Assembly: GCA_902609705.1 (NCBI GenBank)
Contig: CACLSX010000001.1
Location: 17,271 to 81,270 of the forward strand
Direction: 5' to 3'
DNA: 64,000 bases
From: an uncultured Pelagibacteraceae bacterium
Lineage (GTDB): Bacteria; Pseudomonadota; Alphaproteobacteria; Pelagibacterales; Pelagibacteraceae
How positions within the stretch are numbered: position 1 is the stretch's first letter; every line of letters starts with the position of its first letter. Positions 51,314 to 61,069 of the stretch are shown in pieces. A program made the translations under genes and the position numbers. Below the pieces are notes generated by a model, which saw only the letters and a list, made by a program, of their open reading frames with translations, ran no database searches and had not been told where the DNA came from.

Positions 51314-51937
51314 ATGTGTGGAAGATACGTAATAACTAGCCCTGTTACAAAAACAAAAAAACTTGTTAAGTCAGCTATACAAGTTGAAGATAATGAAAAT
51401 TATAATGCACATCCATTTCAAAAATTACCTGTAATTAAAAAATATAATAATGGAAATACTCTAGAAAATTTAAAGTGGGGAGTAGTACCTAGCTGGGCTA
51501 AGCAAAAAGATTTTAAACCTTTAATAAATGCAAGACTAGAAACTATAGATGAAAAAGTGTCTTTCAAAAAATTAATTCGACTACATAGATGTGTAGCTGT
51601 AGCAGATGGTTTTTATGAGTGGAAAAGAGAAAAAGAAAATAAAACACCTTATTATTTTTTAAGAGAAGATAAAAAGCTTATGTATTTAGCGGCTATTTAT
51701 GACAATGATCAATTTTGTTTAATAACCGAGGATGCAGATGAAAATATTAAAGAAATACATCATAGACAGCCTGTTATAATTAATGAAAATGATGTTAATA
51801 GATATTTAAATCTTGAATTAAAAGGATCGAGTTTTCTTAAAGAGTGTAAAAAAACAAAATTAAACTTTCATGAGGTTTCAAAGGAAGTTAATAAACCTAC
51901 AAACAATAATATTTCTTTGATACAAACTATATCTTAA
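51314..51937 (+). CDS. SRAP (YedK/HMCES) abasic-site protection protein
   Basis: N-terminal MCGRY, WG..P.W, INARLET, GFYEW, IHHRQP. Confidence 0.9.
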   Translation: MCGRYVITSPVTKTKKLVKSAIQVEDNENYNAHPFQKLPVIKKYNNGNTLENLKWGVVPSWAKQKDFKPLINARLETIDEKVSFKKLIRLHRCVAVADGFYEWKREKENKTPYYFLREDKKLMYLAAIYDNDQFCLITEDADENIKEIHHRQPVIINENDVNRYLNLELKGSSFLKECKKTKLNFHEVSKEVNKPTNNNISLIQTIS

Positions 51938-51939
51938 AA

Positions 51940-52983
51940 CTATTTTTCTATAGTTGTTAAATGTCCCATTTTTCTTTTAGCTTTAACTTCTTTTTTTAAA
52001 TAATCATAAAAAAATTCATTTTCTTTAAATTTTTTATTTTTATATTCTAATATATCTTCACCAATCAAATTAAGCATTTTTGCATTATAAATTTTTTTTG
52101 TTTCTAATTTTTCGAGTCCACATACAGCTCTGATGTGGTTTTCAAATTGGCTAATGTTGTGTGAATTTATAGTTAGGTGTCCAGAATTATGTACTCTTGG
52201 TGCAACTTCATTAGCATATAAATTATTATTTTTATCTATAAAGAATTCAACGCACATAGTACCAATATAATCAAGCTCTTCAGCTACTGTTTTTGCCCAG
52301 TCCAATGCTTTATTTTTAATTTCATTACTTATATCTGCGGGAATTTTAGAGTATTTTAAAATCTGGTCTTCATGATAATTTTCAATTGGATCGTAAATTT
52401 CATATTTTTGGTGACCAAATCTTGTAACCACTACTGAAATTTCTTTTTTTAAATTTACTATCTTTTCTAAGATGTAGCCTTTTGAAAAATCAAAATCTTC
52501 ATTTAAATCATTTGCATTATTTATTTTATATTGGCCTTTTCCATCATAGCCAAGTGTACAAGTTTTCAATAAACCAGGTATTAATCTATCGTTTATTTTT
52601 ATATCATCTAAATCGTTTATACTTGCAAACTGTGTTGTAGTTATATTGTTTTTATTTAAAAACTCTTTTTCAGTCATTCTATTTTGAATTAATTTATTTA
52701 TTTCGGGGCTTGGTAATACAGATTTGATTTCATTAATTTTTTTCAATATATCATATGGGATATTTTCAAACTCATAAGTAACAAGATCGACTTTTTCTAA
52801 AAAGTTATTGATGATATTTATGTCTTTGTAATCTCCATAAATAAATTCATCTGCAAAATTAATTGCGGGTGCATCTTTATCATCTGATAAAATAACTGTT
52901 TTAATATTAAGTTTTTTTGCAGCAGATGCTAATAGACTTCCTAATTGTCCACCACCTATTATTCCTAGATCAGGTTTAGACAT
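51940..52983 (-). CDS. purK: N5-carboxyaminoimidazole ribonucleotide synthase
   Basis: GIIGGGQLG, TYEFEN, GYDGKGQ, NEVAPRVHNSGH, RKMGH. Confidence 0.95.
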   Translation of the reverse strand: MSKPDLGIIGGGQLGSLLASAAKKLNIKTVILSDDKDAPAINFADEFIYGDYKDINIINNFLEKVDLVTYEFENIPYDILKKINEIKSVLPSPEINKLIQNRMTEKEFLNKNNITTTQFASINDLDDIKINDRLIPGLLKTCTLGYDGKGQYKINNANDLNEDFDFSKGYILEKIVNLKKEISVVVTRFGHQKYEIYDPIENYHEDQILKYSKIPADISNEIKNKALDWAKTVAEELDYIGTMCVEFFIDKNNNLYANEVAPRVHNSGHLTINSHNISQFENHIRAVCGLEKLETKKIYNAKMLNLIGEDILEYKNKKFKENEFFYDYLKKEVKAKRKMGHLTTIEK

Positions 52984-52986
52984 TAA

Positions 52987-53481
52987 TTACTTTGGTTTTT
53001 TTTTTACTTTTGATGTTTGTTTTTTTCGCCAATTTAAAAGTGTTTTTTTTACATTGTTATCATACGTTGCTATAATTGAAGCAGCATATAAACCAGCATT
53101 GATTGCACCATCTTCTCCAATAGCAACTGTACCAACAGGAATTCCTTTTGGCATTTGAGCAATTGATAGTAGGCTATCTAAACCTTTTAACTTTTTACTT
53201 TCAATAGGAACACCTATGACTGGAATTCTAGTTATTGCAGCAATCATACCAGGCAAATGTGCTGATCCTCCAGCTCCAGCAATAATAATAGAAATATTAT
53301 TATTTTCTGCTTTCTTTGCATAGGTATAAAGTCTACCAGGCGTTCTGTGAGCAGAGACGATACTTGTCTCATAATTAACTTTTAAAATCTTAAGAACTTT
53401 TTCACAATTTTTCATTGTTTTGTAATCAGACTGACTGCCCATTACAATTGATACTTTATGTGATTTTTTTTTGTATTTCAT
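52987..53481 (-). CDS. purE: N5-CAIR mutase
   Basis: MGSQSD, SAHRTP, GAGGSAHLPGM, QMPKGIPV. Confidence 0.96.
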   Translation of the reverse strand: MKYKKKSHKVSIVMGSQSDYKTMKNCEKVLKILKVNYETSIVSAHRTPGRLYTYAKKAENNNISIIIAGAGGSAHLPGMIAAITRIPVIGVPIESKKLKGLDSLLSIAQMPKGIPVGTVAIGEDGAINAGLYAASIIATYDNNVKKTLLNWRKKQTSKVKKKPK

Positions 53482-53585
53482 GAAACCAATATCAATTTAC
53501 AGATATTTCCCTTAAATTGCAATTTTTAGCTAAGGACAGTTTAAGTTAGTGACAATCATAATAATAATAATAGTGTATACCAAAT

Positions 53586-54554
53586 ATGAATTATCGAATT
53601 GATAATCTTCAGTATTGTAAATGGTCTAGAGAAATCTTTGAAATAAATAATAAAGCTGGATTAAATGCGGTTCACGTAACGTTAGTTTATCATGAAGACT
53701 ATGATGAATTACAACAAAGAATACAAGAGTGGAATAAACATTTTGAAGAAAATGAAGATCTTATATTTCTAGGCAATAACTACAATGATATTACAAAAGC
53801 AAAAGAAGAAAACAAAACTGCAATTTTTTTTGGATTTCAAAATTGTTCACCAATTGAAGATGACATAGGCCTTATAGAAAAAGTACACTCACAAGGTTGT
53901 CGATTTATGCAATTAACTTATAACAACCAATCATTATTAGCCACTGGATGTTATGAAAAAAATGATAGTGGGGTTACTAATTTTGGAAAAGAGGCTATTA
54001 AAGAAATGAACAGAGTAGGTATCGTTGTTGACATGTCTCATTCAGCAGAAAAAAGTACACTTGATGCAATTGAAATTAGTCAAAAACCAATTGCGATCAC
54101 TCATGCAAATCCAACTTTTTGGTTTGAAGCTAAAAGAAATAAATCTACAGAATTATTAAAAGTTTTATCTGCAAGTGGAGGAATGTTAGGTTTATCATTG
54201 TATGCTCACCATTTAAAAGATGGAACGAATTGTAAATTAGAAAGTTTTTGTGAAATGGTTGCAAGAACAGTTGAAATTATGGGTATTGATAATGTTGGAA
54301 TAGGATCAGACTTATGTTTAAACCAGCCAGACAGCGTAGTTGAGTGGATGAGAAATGGAACATGGTCAAAATCAAAAAATTTTGGTGAAGGCAGTAAAGA
54401 TAAACCTGGTTTTCCAAAACAACCAGATTGGTTTTTAGATGCAAGAGGATTTAATAATATAAACACAGAACTAAAAAATAAAGGTTTTCACGAAGAAGAG
54501 ATAAATAAGATACTTGGCAATAACTGGTTTAATTTTTATAAAGGAATTAATTAA
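53586..54554 (+). CDS. Membrane-dipeptidase (M19) fold amidohydrolase
   Basis: QLTYN..S.LATGC, EMNRVG..VDMSH, ITHAN, RNK, GIGSD, ILG.NW. Confidence 0.82.
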   Translation: MNYRIDNLQYCKWSREIFEINNKAGLNAVHVTLVYHEDYDELQQRIQEWNKHFEENEDLIFLGNNYNDITKAKEENKTAIFFGFQNCSPIEDDIGLIEKVHSQGCRFMQLTYNNQSLLATGCYEKNDSGVTNFGKEAIKEMNRVGIVVDMSHSAEKSTLDAIEISQKPIAITHANPTFWFEAKRNKSTELLKVLSASGGMLGLSLYAHHLKDGTNCKLESFCEMVARTVEIMGIDNVGIGSDLCLNQPDSVVEWMRNGTWSKSKNFGEGSKDKPGFPKQPDWFLDARGFNNINTELKNKGFHEEEINKILGNNWFNFYKGIN

Positions 54555-56206
54555 TGCAAGTTCCACTCAGAGATCCTAAAATTGTAATGAAACTTTCTAG
54601 GCTTGGATCGTTTCATCAATCTAAATTATCTTTTCTAAGATCATTTTTAAACGAGTTCAAAGATTGGAAATATAACAGAGATTTGTTCGACTTGAATGAT
54701 AGGGGATTTGGAGTTGCTATTTATTCATTTTCAAAAGAAAAAAAAACATATTCTCTAGTTTGTTTTGCCAATGAGCTTAAAGATGAGGAAAGATCTGATA
54801 GAGTAATAGCAACTAAATGGGATGCTGCATTTGCTTTGTATGATGGTATTCCTTCAAAGATCGATATTGATAGACTTTCACAAAATGTCCCTAAGCAAGA
54901 AGTAGGGAGACTTTCTTATAAAGAACTTACTCTTTCAAGAGCAAATAGATCAGTTAGAGCATTTAATTACGTAGTCGAGTGTTTATCAAAAGGTATCCAG
55001 CCCAATACTAATGAGCTTTCAAAAGTTGGATATTTGTACAGAACAACCGCAGTATATGGCTCAGGAAAATTTGGATTAGCAGACAGGTTTAGAATTAAAA
55101 ATAGAGATGAAATAAATGGTCCTTTTAGATTGGAAATGATGTTAGTCTACCTTGTAAGACAATTCACTTTCGATCAAGTCAATCATATTGCAAAACATAA
55201 AAATCCTAAAGACGCTGTAGAATTAGACTTGGATATTTGCAGAAATTTAGGAATTGGAAATTCAACTGGATTGGGAATGGCGCCATTTATTGTAAACCAC
55301 CCTTCATTGTTAAATAATTGGATTCTAGCTAAAGAGACAGCTTTAAAAAAAATCAGAGAAATAGAAAAAGTATCAGAAGAAGAGTTTAAAATTTTTTACA
55401 ATTGTTTAATAAAATCTTTAAAAAATGTAACTTCATGGAATACTGATAGCGAATACCAAAAGAAAAAAATAAACAATTTAATTAATGATTTACAAAATTT
55501 AATTAATTATTTGAAAAATAATATTGATAAATCAAATTTTTATATATTTGATAAATTATATAACTGGGCAGAGGAAAATTTATCTGAAGAAGGAGTTGAG
55601 TATTTGGTTTCTATAATGATGGAGCCATATAATGAAATAACCGATCCTTTAATTTCTAAAATGAGTTCAGACGAGGATAGTAGTTTTAACATTCCTGTAG
55701 ATAGAACTATAAATGACCTAAGGGAAATAATTGAAAAAAATTATTCAGATATTTTAAAAATTGATTTTTCAAAAAATGAAAATAATAAAAAATTTTGGTT
55801 CATTTCAAAAAATAAAGAAGAACCTAGAATTGGAGATCGTTTTGAAGATAATGGTTCAGAACTTGAGCAGCCTACAGCTATTGCTAGAGATATAAAAAAA
55901 CTTTATGAAACTATTTTTACATTAAAAAACAGCTTAAAGATTGGCAATTTTCTAGTACGGAACAATGATTTAAGACATATTGTAAGAAGAGTGTTTATAT
56001 CAGAGAAATATCCATATTCTGAAATTCAAGATAACACCATCGGCTCAAAATTAGTTCCTATTGATATGTTAAGACTTAAACTATCTTTTTTTGGGGCAGT
56101 AAAGTTTGATCCAAGATCTGACAAATGGTTAAGGATTTGTATGTTTCAAGGAGCTCCATTACCAAATGAACTTAATTCATTTAATCAATATTGGATATAT
56201 AACTAA
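54554..56206 (+). CDS. Conserved-looking hypothetical protein (550 aa)
   Basis: TAATG-coupled to the dipeptidase; motif-like segments RTTAVYGSGKFG, GNSTGLGMAPF, KEEPR.G.R, FQGAP. Confidence 0.75.
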   Translation: MQVPLRDPKIVMKLSRLGSFHQSKLSFLRSFLNEFKDWKYNRDLFDLNDRGFGVAIYSFSKEKKTYSLVCFANELKDEERSDRVIATKWDAAFALYDGIPSKIDIDRLSQNVPKQEVGRLSYKELTLSRANRSVRAFNYVVECLSKGIQPNTNELSKVGYLYRTTAVYGSGKFGLADRFRIKNRDEINGPFRLEMMLVYLVRQFTFDQVNHIAKHKNPKDAVELDLDICRNLGIGNSTGLGMAPFIVNHPSLLNNWILAKETALKKIREIEKVSEEEFKIFYNCLIKSLKNVTSWNTDSEYQKKKINNLINDLQNLINYLKNNIDKSNFYIFDKLYNWAEENLSEEGVEYLVSIMMEPYNEITDPLISKMSSDEDSSFNIPVDRTINDLREIIEKNYSDILKIDFSKNENNKKFWFISKNKEEPRIGDRFEDNGSELEQPTAIARDIKKLYETIFTLKNSLKIGNFLVRNNDLRHIVRRVFISEKYPYSEIQDNTIGSKLVPIDMLRLKLSFFGAVKFDPRSDKWLRICMFQGAPLPNELNSFNQYWIYN

Positions 56207-56214
56207 AGTAATTA

Positions 56215-56823
56215 ATGAGAAGTTATAGTGAAATCGATACAATTGTTAAACGTTCAACTAAAGCAAAAGGTTTCTCTTGGGGTGTTGCCGAAGAAATAGG
56301 AAAGAACATTAAACAACTTGAGTTATTTGGTTTACCAGGAATAAAAAACATAAACCAATATTTTAAGATTTTTAATAATGAGAAGTTTGAAAATTGCCAA
56401 TCTTTTAAAAAAAGCAACAGACCTCAAAACTTTTACTGTCCGATTAAACTTGGATTAAGTTTTTTTGATCAATCAATCTCTATCCAAGAACTAAATGATA
56501 TAGAAATTGAAAAAATGGCTTACCCATTGATATTTTTGCCGTTTGTCAGCAGATCTTCGGAAATAACGGGAAAGAGAATTTTTTTAAAGATAGATCAAAA
56601 AGAATTTTTATTAAATTTCAATCAATCAATTTATTCGAATTACTTAAGTAGTGAGATTGTAGAAAAAGCTGATGTAATTAAAATTCAATTCTTAGAAAAT
56701 AAGAATAATTTTTCTGAAGAAGATTGGAAAGAATTAACGAAATTATCAGAAAACACATTTGTAGAAGAAACTGATGAGTTAAAACAAAAAACTGCAGGCG
56801 CAGGATTAACAGATAATGACTGA
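56215..56823 (+). CDS. DUF3726-like protein
   Basis: S.SEI......A.GFSWGVAEE N-terminus and AGAGLTDND C-terminus (family recalled, not searched). Confidence 0.65.
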   Translation: MRSYSEIDTIVKRSTKAKGFSWGVAEEIGKNIKQLELFGLPGIKNINQYFKIFNNEKFENCQSFKKSNRPQNFYCPIKLGLSFFDQSISIQELNDIEIEKMAYPLIFLPFVSRSSEITGKRIFLKIDQKEFLLNFNQSIYSNYLSSEIVEKADVIKIQFLENKNNFSEEDWKELTKLSENTFVEETDELKQKTAGAGLTDND

Positions 56824-56983
56824 TAACTTTGAATATAAATCAGACAAATCAGATAATAATGAATTAAATGATATTTGTGATGAATGTAAAAAAGAAGATG
56901 AGACAGTAACTCAAAATTTAATACTCACAGGATATAAACTTTGTAACTCCTGCAGAACATCTAAAACTTTATTTCCGCTTTAA
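56816..56983 (+). CDS. Unannotated 55-aa CxxC-x18-CxxC zinc-finger-like protein
   Basis: MTDNFEYKSDKSDNNELNDICDECKKEDETVTQNLILTGYKLCNSCRTSKTLFPL; overlaps the upstream stop by 8 nt and fills the gap to the convergent gene. Confidence 0.7.
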   Translation: MTDNFEYKSDKSDNNELNDICDECKKEDETVTQNLILTGYKLCNSCRTSKTLFPL

Positions 56984-57525
56984 ATATTTGTACTTACAGG
57001 TAATGAATTAATTTTTGTCATTACAAATGAAATTGTCAAAAAAGAAATAATTAAAAAAGATAAAAATACAATTCCAAATGCTTTTAGATTTGATTTTAAA
57101 TTTAAAATATGTCTTGTTGCTATAATTAATGAAGCAAAAATCCAAAATTGAGTAAGAAAAATAATTAAAAGTACTAATTCTGGTGTGACAGCAAAAAATC
57201 TTATCAGTCCTGGAGCGTGTGCGTACCCAACGGCTATAAGAACTCTTTTAAATGGAATTTTTCTATCTTTATCAGGAAAAATTTTAACTCCAATCACAAA
57301 TATAAAAATTGCCCACACCAACCAAGTTAATAATGCTGTTAAACCAGATATACCAACAGATGTTTTTACAATCGTATTAGCCGCAACTGCTCCAGCAACC
57401 CCATCTAAAATCATAATTAGAATTGCAAAATAAATTCCAGCTTCTCCATAATATCTTGGAGTTCTATAAAGAGTTTTATCAAGCTTTAAAGATTTAAAAA
57501 CAATATCTAAAAACTGAGCAAACAT
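56980..57525 (-). CDS. Yip1-like membrane protein
   Basis: About five TM segments; GYAHAPG motif. Confidence 0.65.
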   Translation of the reverse strand: MFAQFLDIVFKSLKLDKTLYRTPRYYGEAGIYFAILIMILDGVAGAVAANTIVKTSVGISGLTALLTWLVWAIFIFVIGVKIFPDKDRKIPFKRVLIAVGYAHAPGLIRFFAVTPELVLLIIFLTQFWIFASLIIATRHILNLKSNLKAFGIVFLSFLIISFLTISFVMTKINSLPVSTNI

Positions 57526-57632
57526 TAATTATCTTTATTTTTTTTTTGCGCCTTATACGAAACGATTAATGGGAATATTATTAGAGCAATAGCGATTATA
57601 ATGCAAACAACTATGAAAAAGGTTTTCGTCAT
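57525..57632 (-). CDS. Unannotated 35-aa single-TM peptide
   Basis: MTKTFFIVVCIIIAIALIIFPLIVSYKAQKKNKDN; its stop overlaps the Yip1 start (TAATG). Confidence 0.6.
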   Translation of the reverse strand: MTKTFFIVVCIIIAIALIIFPLIVSYKAQKKNKDN

Positions 57633-57633
57633 A

Positions 57634-57660
57634 TTTAGGGGGAATTAAATTCCCCCTAAA
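57634..57660. other. Perfect inverted repeat (12-bp arms)
   Basis: TTTAGGGGGAAT-TAA-ATTCCCCCTAAA; no U-tract follows on either strand. Confidence 0.7.
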
Positions 57661-57670
57661 AAAATTTTTA

Positions 57671-59026
57671 TCACTTACTGACTACTTCTCTTGTATTTGC
57701 GTTGTAAGATTCTGTAAATGGAATATCAACTACAACTGCATCGACTGGTTCTCCAGGTTTATCAGAATATTTTTCGGGTAGATGGACTTTAAATTTCGAT
57801 CCAACCTTACCTCTTGGAAAACCATTTGCATTTAGCGTGCCATCAAATGGAACGTATCCCATAGCAATATTTTTCCCTTTTTCTGGGTGATACCAAGGAG
57901 AAGTTATAAATCCCACAGGCTCACTGCCGTTTTCTGAAATTAACCAAAAATCTGGAGCATATTCCTCAATAGGTTTTCCTCCTAATTCAAGTCCAACTAA
58001 TTGAAGTTTGTAAGGTTTATGACCTGCTTTTAAATCAGCTTTCATTTTCTCGAGAGCTTTTTTTCCAACATAATCACCTTTTTTGTTCCATTCACCTTTG
58101 CCAGATAAAGAAACTTGATAACCAAGATTACATTGAAATGGATTATGTTCATGATCCATATCTTGTCCCCATGAAAGAATTCCAGCTTGTATCCTTCTAT
58201 GGTGTGCAGGAGCAATTACCATTAAATTATGTTTTTTACCTGCCTCAAGAACAGCATTCCACATATCTTCAGCATATAAAGTTGCTTCTCTTAAATATAT
58301 TTCAAATCCAGACTCGCCTGAAAAACCTGTTTGAGAAATAATACAACTTCTTCCACCAACTTTTGCAGACGCCAAACCGTAAAAAGGCATGTTGTCTATG
58401 TCAACTTCACTTCCACAAAGATCTTTCATTAAAGCTTTTGCTTTAGGACCTTGAATTTGTACAGGACAAGCATCTATTTCATTAATTTGAACATTAAACC
58501 TTTCATCCGCATTTACTCCTTGAAGATACAATCCAATATCACTATCTGATAAACTAAACCAAAATTCATCTTTAGATATTCTTAAAAGAATAGGATCATT
58601 TAATACTCCTCCGTATGCATTACACAAAATTACATATCTTCCTCTCATTGGAGAAATTTTTGTAGCATCTCTTGTAATTACATAATCAACAAATTTTTCT
58701 GCATCTGGTCCTTTAACTTGTATTTGTCTTTCAACTGCAACATTCCACATTGTTACATGGTTTTTAATTGCTTCGTACTCAACCATTGCACCACCATCTT
58801 CAGGTTTAACATAACCTCTTGGATGATAAATTCTGTTATAAACAGTTGCTCTCCAACATCCTGCTTTCATAGATAAATGCCAGTATGGAGATTTCCTTAC
58901 TCTTGTTGATATTAGCATCTCAACTTTAGTAGGTCCGCTTTGTCTCAAATTATATGGTACTTTTCTATCAGACTGATCTACTGATGTTGTATGTCTTAGC
59001 TTACTATAGTCAAATTCATTAGACAT
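57671..59026 (-). CDS. GcvT/DmdA-like THF-dependent demethylase
   Basis: TVYNR, WNVAVERQI...GPDA, LNDPILLR, QIQGP, SQTGFSGE.GFEIY, RRIQAGILSWG. Confidence 0.85.
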   Translation of the reverse strand: MSNEFDYSKLRHTTSVDQSDRKVPYNLRQSGPTKVEMLISTRVRKSPYWHLSMKAGCWRATVYNRIYHPRGYVKPEDGGAMVEYEAIKNHVTMWNVAVERQIQVKGPDAEKFVDYVITRDATKISPMRGRYVILCNAYGGVLNDPILLRISKDEFWFSLSDSDIGLYLQGVNADERFNVQINEIDACPVQIQGPKAKALMKDLCGSEVDIDNMPFYGLASAKVGGRSCIISQTGFSGESGFEIYLREATLYAEDMWNAVLEAGKKHNLMVIAPAHHRRIQAGILSWGQDMDHEHNPFQCNLGYQVSLSGKGEWNKKGDYVGKKALEKMKADLKAGHKPYKLQLVGLELGGKPIEEYAPDFWLISENGSEPVGFITSPWYHPEKGKNIAMGYVPFDGTLNANGFPRGKVGSKFKVHLPEKYSDKPGEPVDAVVVDIPFTESYNANTREVVSK

Positions 59027-59747
59027 AGTTATTCTCCTTCAACCACTTGTTAGTTTCCTTCAAGCCGCCGAATGTATAAATGTGGAAATAATCAGTATGC
59101 GATTTAACTTTCCCAATTAAATCATTAGGGTCTTTAGGTTTCAATAAATCCAACGCCTTACTAAAATTAGATTTAAGAAAGTTAATGGAATTTTTTGCCC
59201 CTACAATATTAGCAAATTTAATTAAGCTAGATATTTTCATTGGCCCAGTTATTCCAACATGAACTGGTATTGTTTGTTTTGAGATAAAATCTATAATAGG
59301 CTGAGTATCCATTAGCCACTGTGTAACTATATAATCAGCATAAGGCTTTTTATCTATCATAGCTTTTTCTAAATCAGAGTCGGATATATCAGGACTCCCC
59401 TCTGGATGTCCAGCAATTCCAATCTTGATACCATCAAAAAACCCTGTCTCTAACATTTGATATGAGCTATCAAATTTTCCGATCGGGTCACGACTTCCAC
59501 CTATCACCAAGACCTGTTTAACACCCAAATCTTTACATCTAGAAACATAATCTTTCAGCTGATTTTCATCATTTATTGACCTTGCTGGGAAGTGAGGAAC
59601 TGGATTAAATCCCTCTTTAACTAACTCTCCAGACTGTTGAGCGGTCTCTTTATAATCACCTCCAGGTAGCATTGTAACATAGACATCTTTTACCTTTGGC
59701 AACGTGCTTAAATCAGTTTTAGGACCTATTTCTAAAGAAAAATTCAT
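59019..59747 (-). CDS. metF: Short methylenetetrahydrofolate reductase-like protein
   Basis: FSLEI, VPHFPAR, IAGHPEG, YIVTQW, H.YTFGG; overlaps the demethylase start. Confidence 0.75.
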   Translation of the reverse strand: MNFSLEIGPKTDLSTLPKVKDVYVTMLPGGDYKETAQQSGELVKEGFNPVPHFPARSINDENQLKDYVSRCKDLGVKQVLVIGGSRDPIGKFDSSYQMLETGFFDGIKIGIAGHPEGSPDISDSDLEKAMIDKKPYADYIVTQWLMDTQPIIDFISKQTIPVHVGITGPMKISSLIKFANIVGAKNSINFLKSNFSKALDLLKPKDPNDLIGKVKSHTDYFHIYTFGGLKETNKWLKENNYV

Positions 59748-59798
59748 AAGTAAATTCTTAATTATTTTATATTCCGTGTCTATAAAAATATTAAACAG

Positions 59799-59827
59799 TT
59801 GAACACATTGTAACCCATTGTCATGAT
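59799..59827 (+). promoter_or_regulatory. Putative promoter for egtB
   Basis: TTGAAC-N17-CATGAT. Confidence 0.3.
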
Positions 59828-59851
59828 CTGAAAATTTAATTAAATTTAGTC

Positions 59852-61069
59852 ATGGAAAATAAATTATCTCAAATTACAGAATTATTCTCCAAAACAAGAC
59901 AACAAACTCTATCTCTGTGCGAGAACTTAGAGGCTGAGGATATGGTCATACAGCCCAGCAAAAATGTTAGTCCCCTTAAGTGGCATCTTGGTCACACCAC
60001 ATGGTTTTTTGAAAAATTCATCTTGTCAGAATTAGATGAAAGTTACAAACCTTTTAACAAAGATTATAATTACATATTTAATTCGTATTATAATTCTGTA
60101 GGTGAGTACAATCCTCGAAATAAGAGAGGTTCACTAAATAGACCCATCTTAAAAGATGTAGTAAAATATAGACACTATGTAACTGAAAATATTATTGATT
60201 TTTTAAAAAGGACAAAAAATAATAGAACATCATTTTTAGTTGAACTAGGTTCAAATCACGAACAACAGCATCAAGAATTAATGTTAATGGATATTAAAAA
60301 TATTTTTTACAACAATCCATTGATGCCGACTTATAATTCGAACGATGATAAACCAACTGCTAAAGAAGAAAATGAATTGACGTTAGAAACTAGTAAAAAA
60401 TTTAAATATGGAAACAACGAGGATATTTTTTGTTACGATAACGAGTTACCAGTATCAGAAACACAATTAGATCCTTTTAAAATATATTCATTTGTTACAA
60501 ATGGAGAGTGGAAAGAATTTATTAATGATGGAGGATATAAAAACCATGAGTATTGGTTATCTGATGGATGGGATTTTGTAAATAATAACAAATTACAAAA
60601 ACCAATGTATTGGATAGATAATAATAATTATTTTACATTAAACGGTGTAAAAAAAATTGATAATGAAAAGCCAGTTTCTCATATAAGTTTTTATGAAGCG
60701 GATGCTTTTGCAAGATACAAGAACAAAAGATTACCAACTGAATTTGAACTAGAATATTTTTTAAAACAATCTGAGAAAAAAGGTAATTTTTTAGAAAATA
60801 AAATTTTTCATGAAGTTGAAGAAAAAGCAGACGATGTTTATGGAAATTTATGGGCTTGGACAAGTAGTAATTACACACCTTATAAAAAATATAAACCTTA
60901 TGAAGGAAATCTAGGAGAATATAATAATAAGTTCATGTGTAATCAGTTTGTCCTAAAAGGTGGCTCACATTCTACATCTATTAATCATGTCAGAGCATCT
61001 TATAGAAATTTCTTTTACCCAAGTGATACTTGGCAGTTTTGTGGTGTCAGATTAGCTGATGACATCTAG
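59852..61069 (+). CDS. egtB: Ergothioneine sulfoxide synthase
   Basis: DinB-type SPLKWHLGHTTWFFE and HEQQHQEL iron-binding His motifs; FGE-like PVSHISFYEA.AFA, RLPTE.E, EYN.KFM, YRNFF. Confidence 0.88.
   Translation: MENKLSQITELFSKTRQQTLSLCENLEAEDMVIQPSKNVSPLKWHLGHTTWFFEKFILSELDESYKPFNKDYNYIFNSYYNSVGEYNPRNKRGSLNRPILKDVVKYRHYVTENIIDFLKRTKNNRTSFLVELGSNHEQQHQELMLMDIKNIFYNNPLMPTYNSNDDKPTAKEENELTLETSKKFKYGNNEDIFCYDNELPVSETQLDPFKIYSFVTNGEWKEFINDGGYKNHEYWLSDGWDFVNNNKLQKPMYWIDNNNYFTLNGVKKIDNEKPVSHISFYEADAFARYKNKRLPTEFELEYFLKQSEKKGNFLENKIFHEVEEKADDVYGNLWAWTSSNYTPYKKYKPYEGNLGEYNNKFMCNQFVLKGGSHSTSINHVRASYRNFFYPSDTWQFCGVRLADDI

Noticed and set aside
59790-59850. Possible SAM-V riboswitch upstream of egtB (CAGTTGAACACATTGTA resembles the loop sequence as I recall it)
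   Set aside because: Flanks cannot form the P1 stem and no pseudoknot partner is evident; the same bases fit a -35/N17/-10 promoter. An Infernal Rfam scan would settle it.
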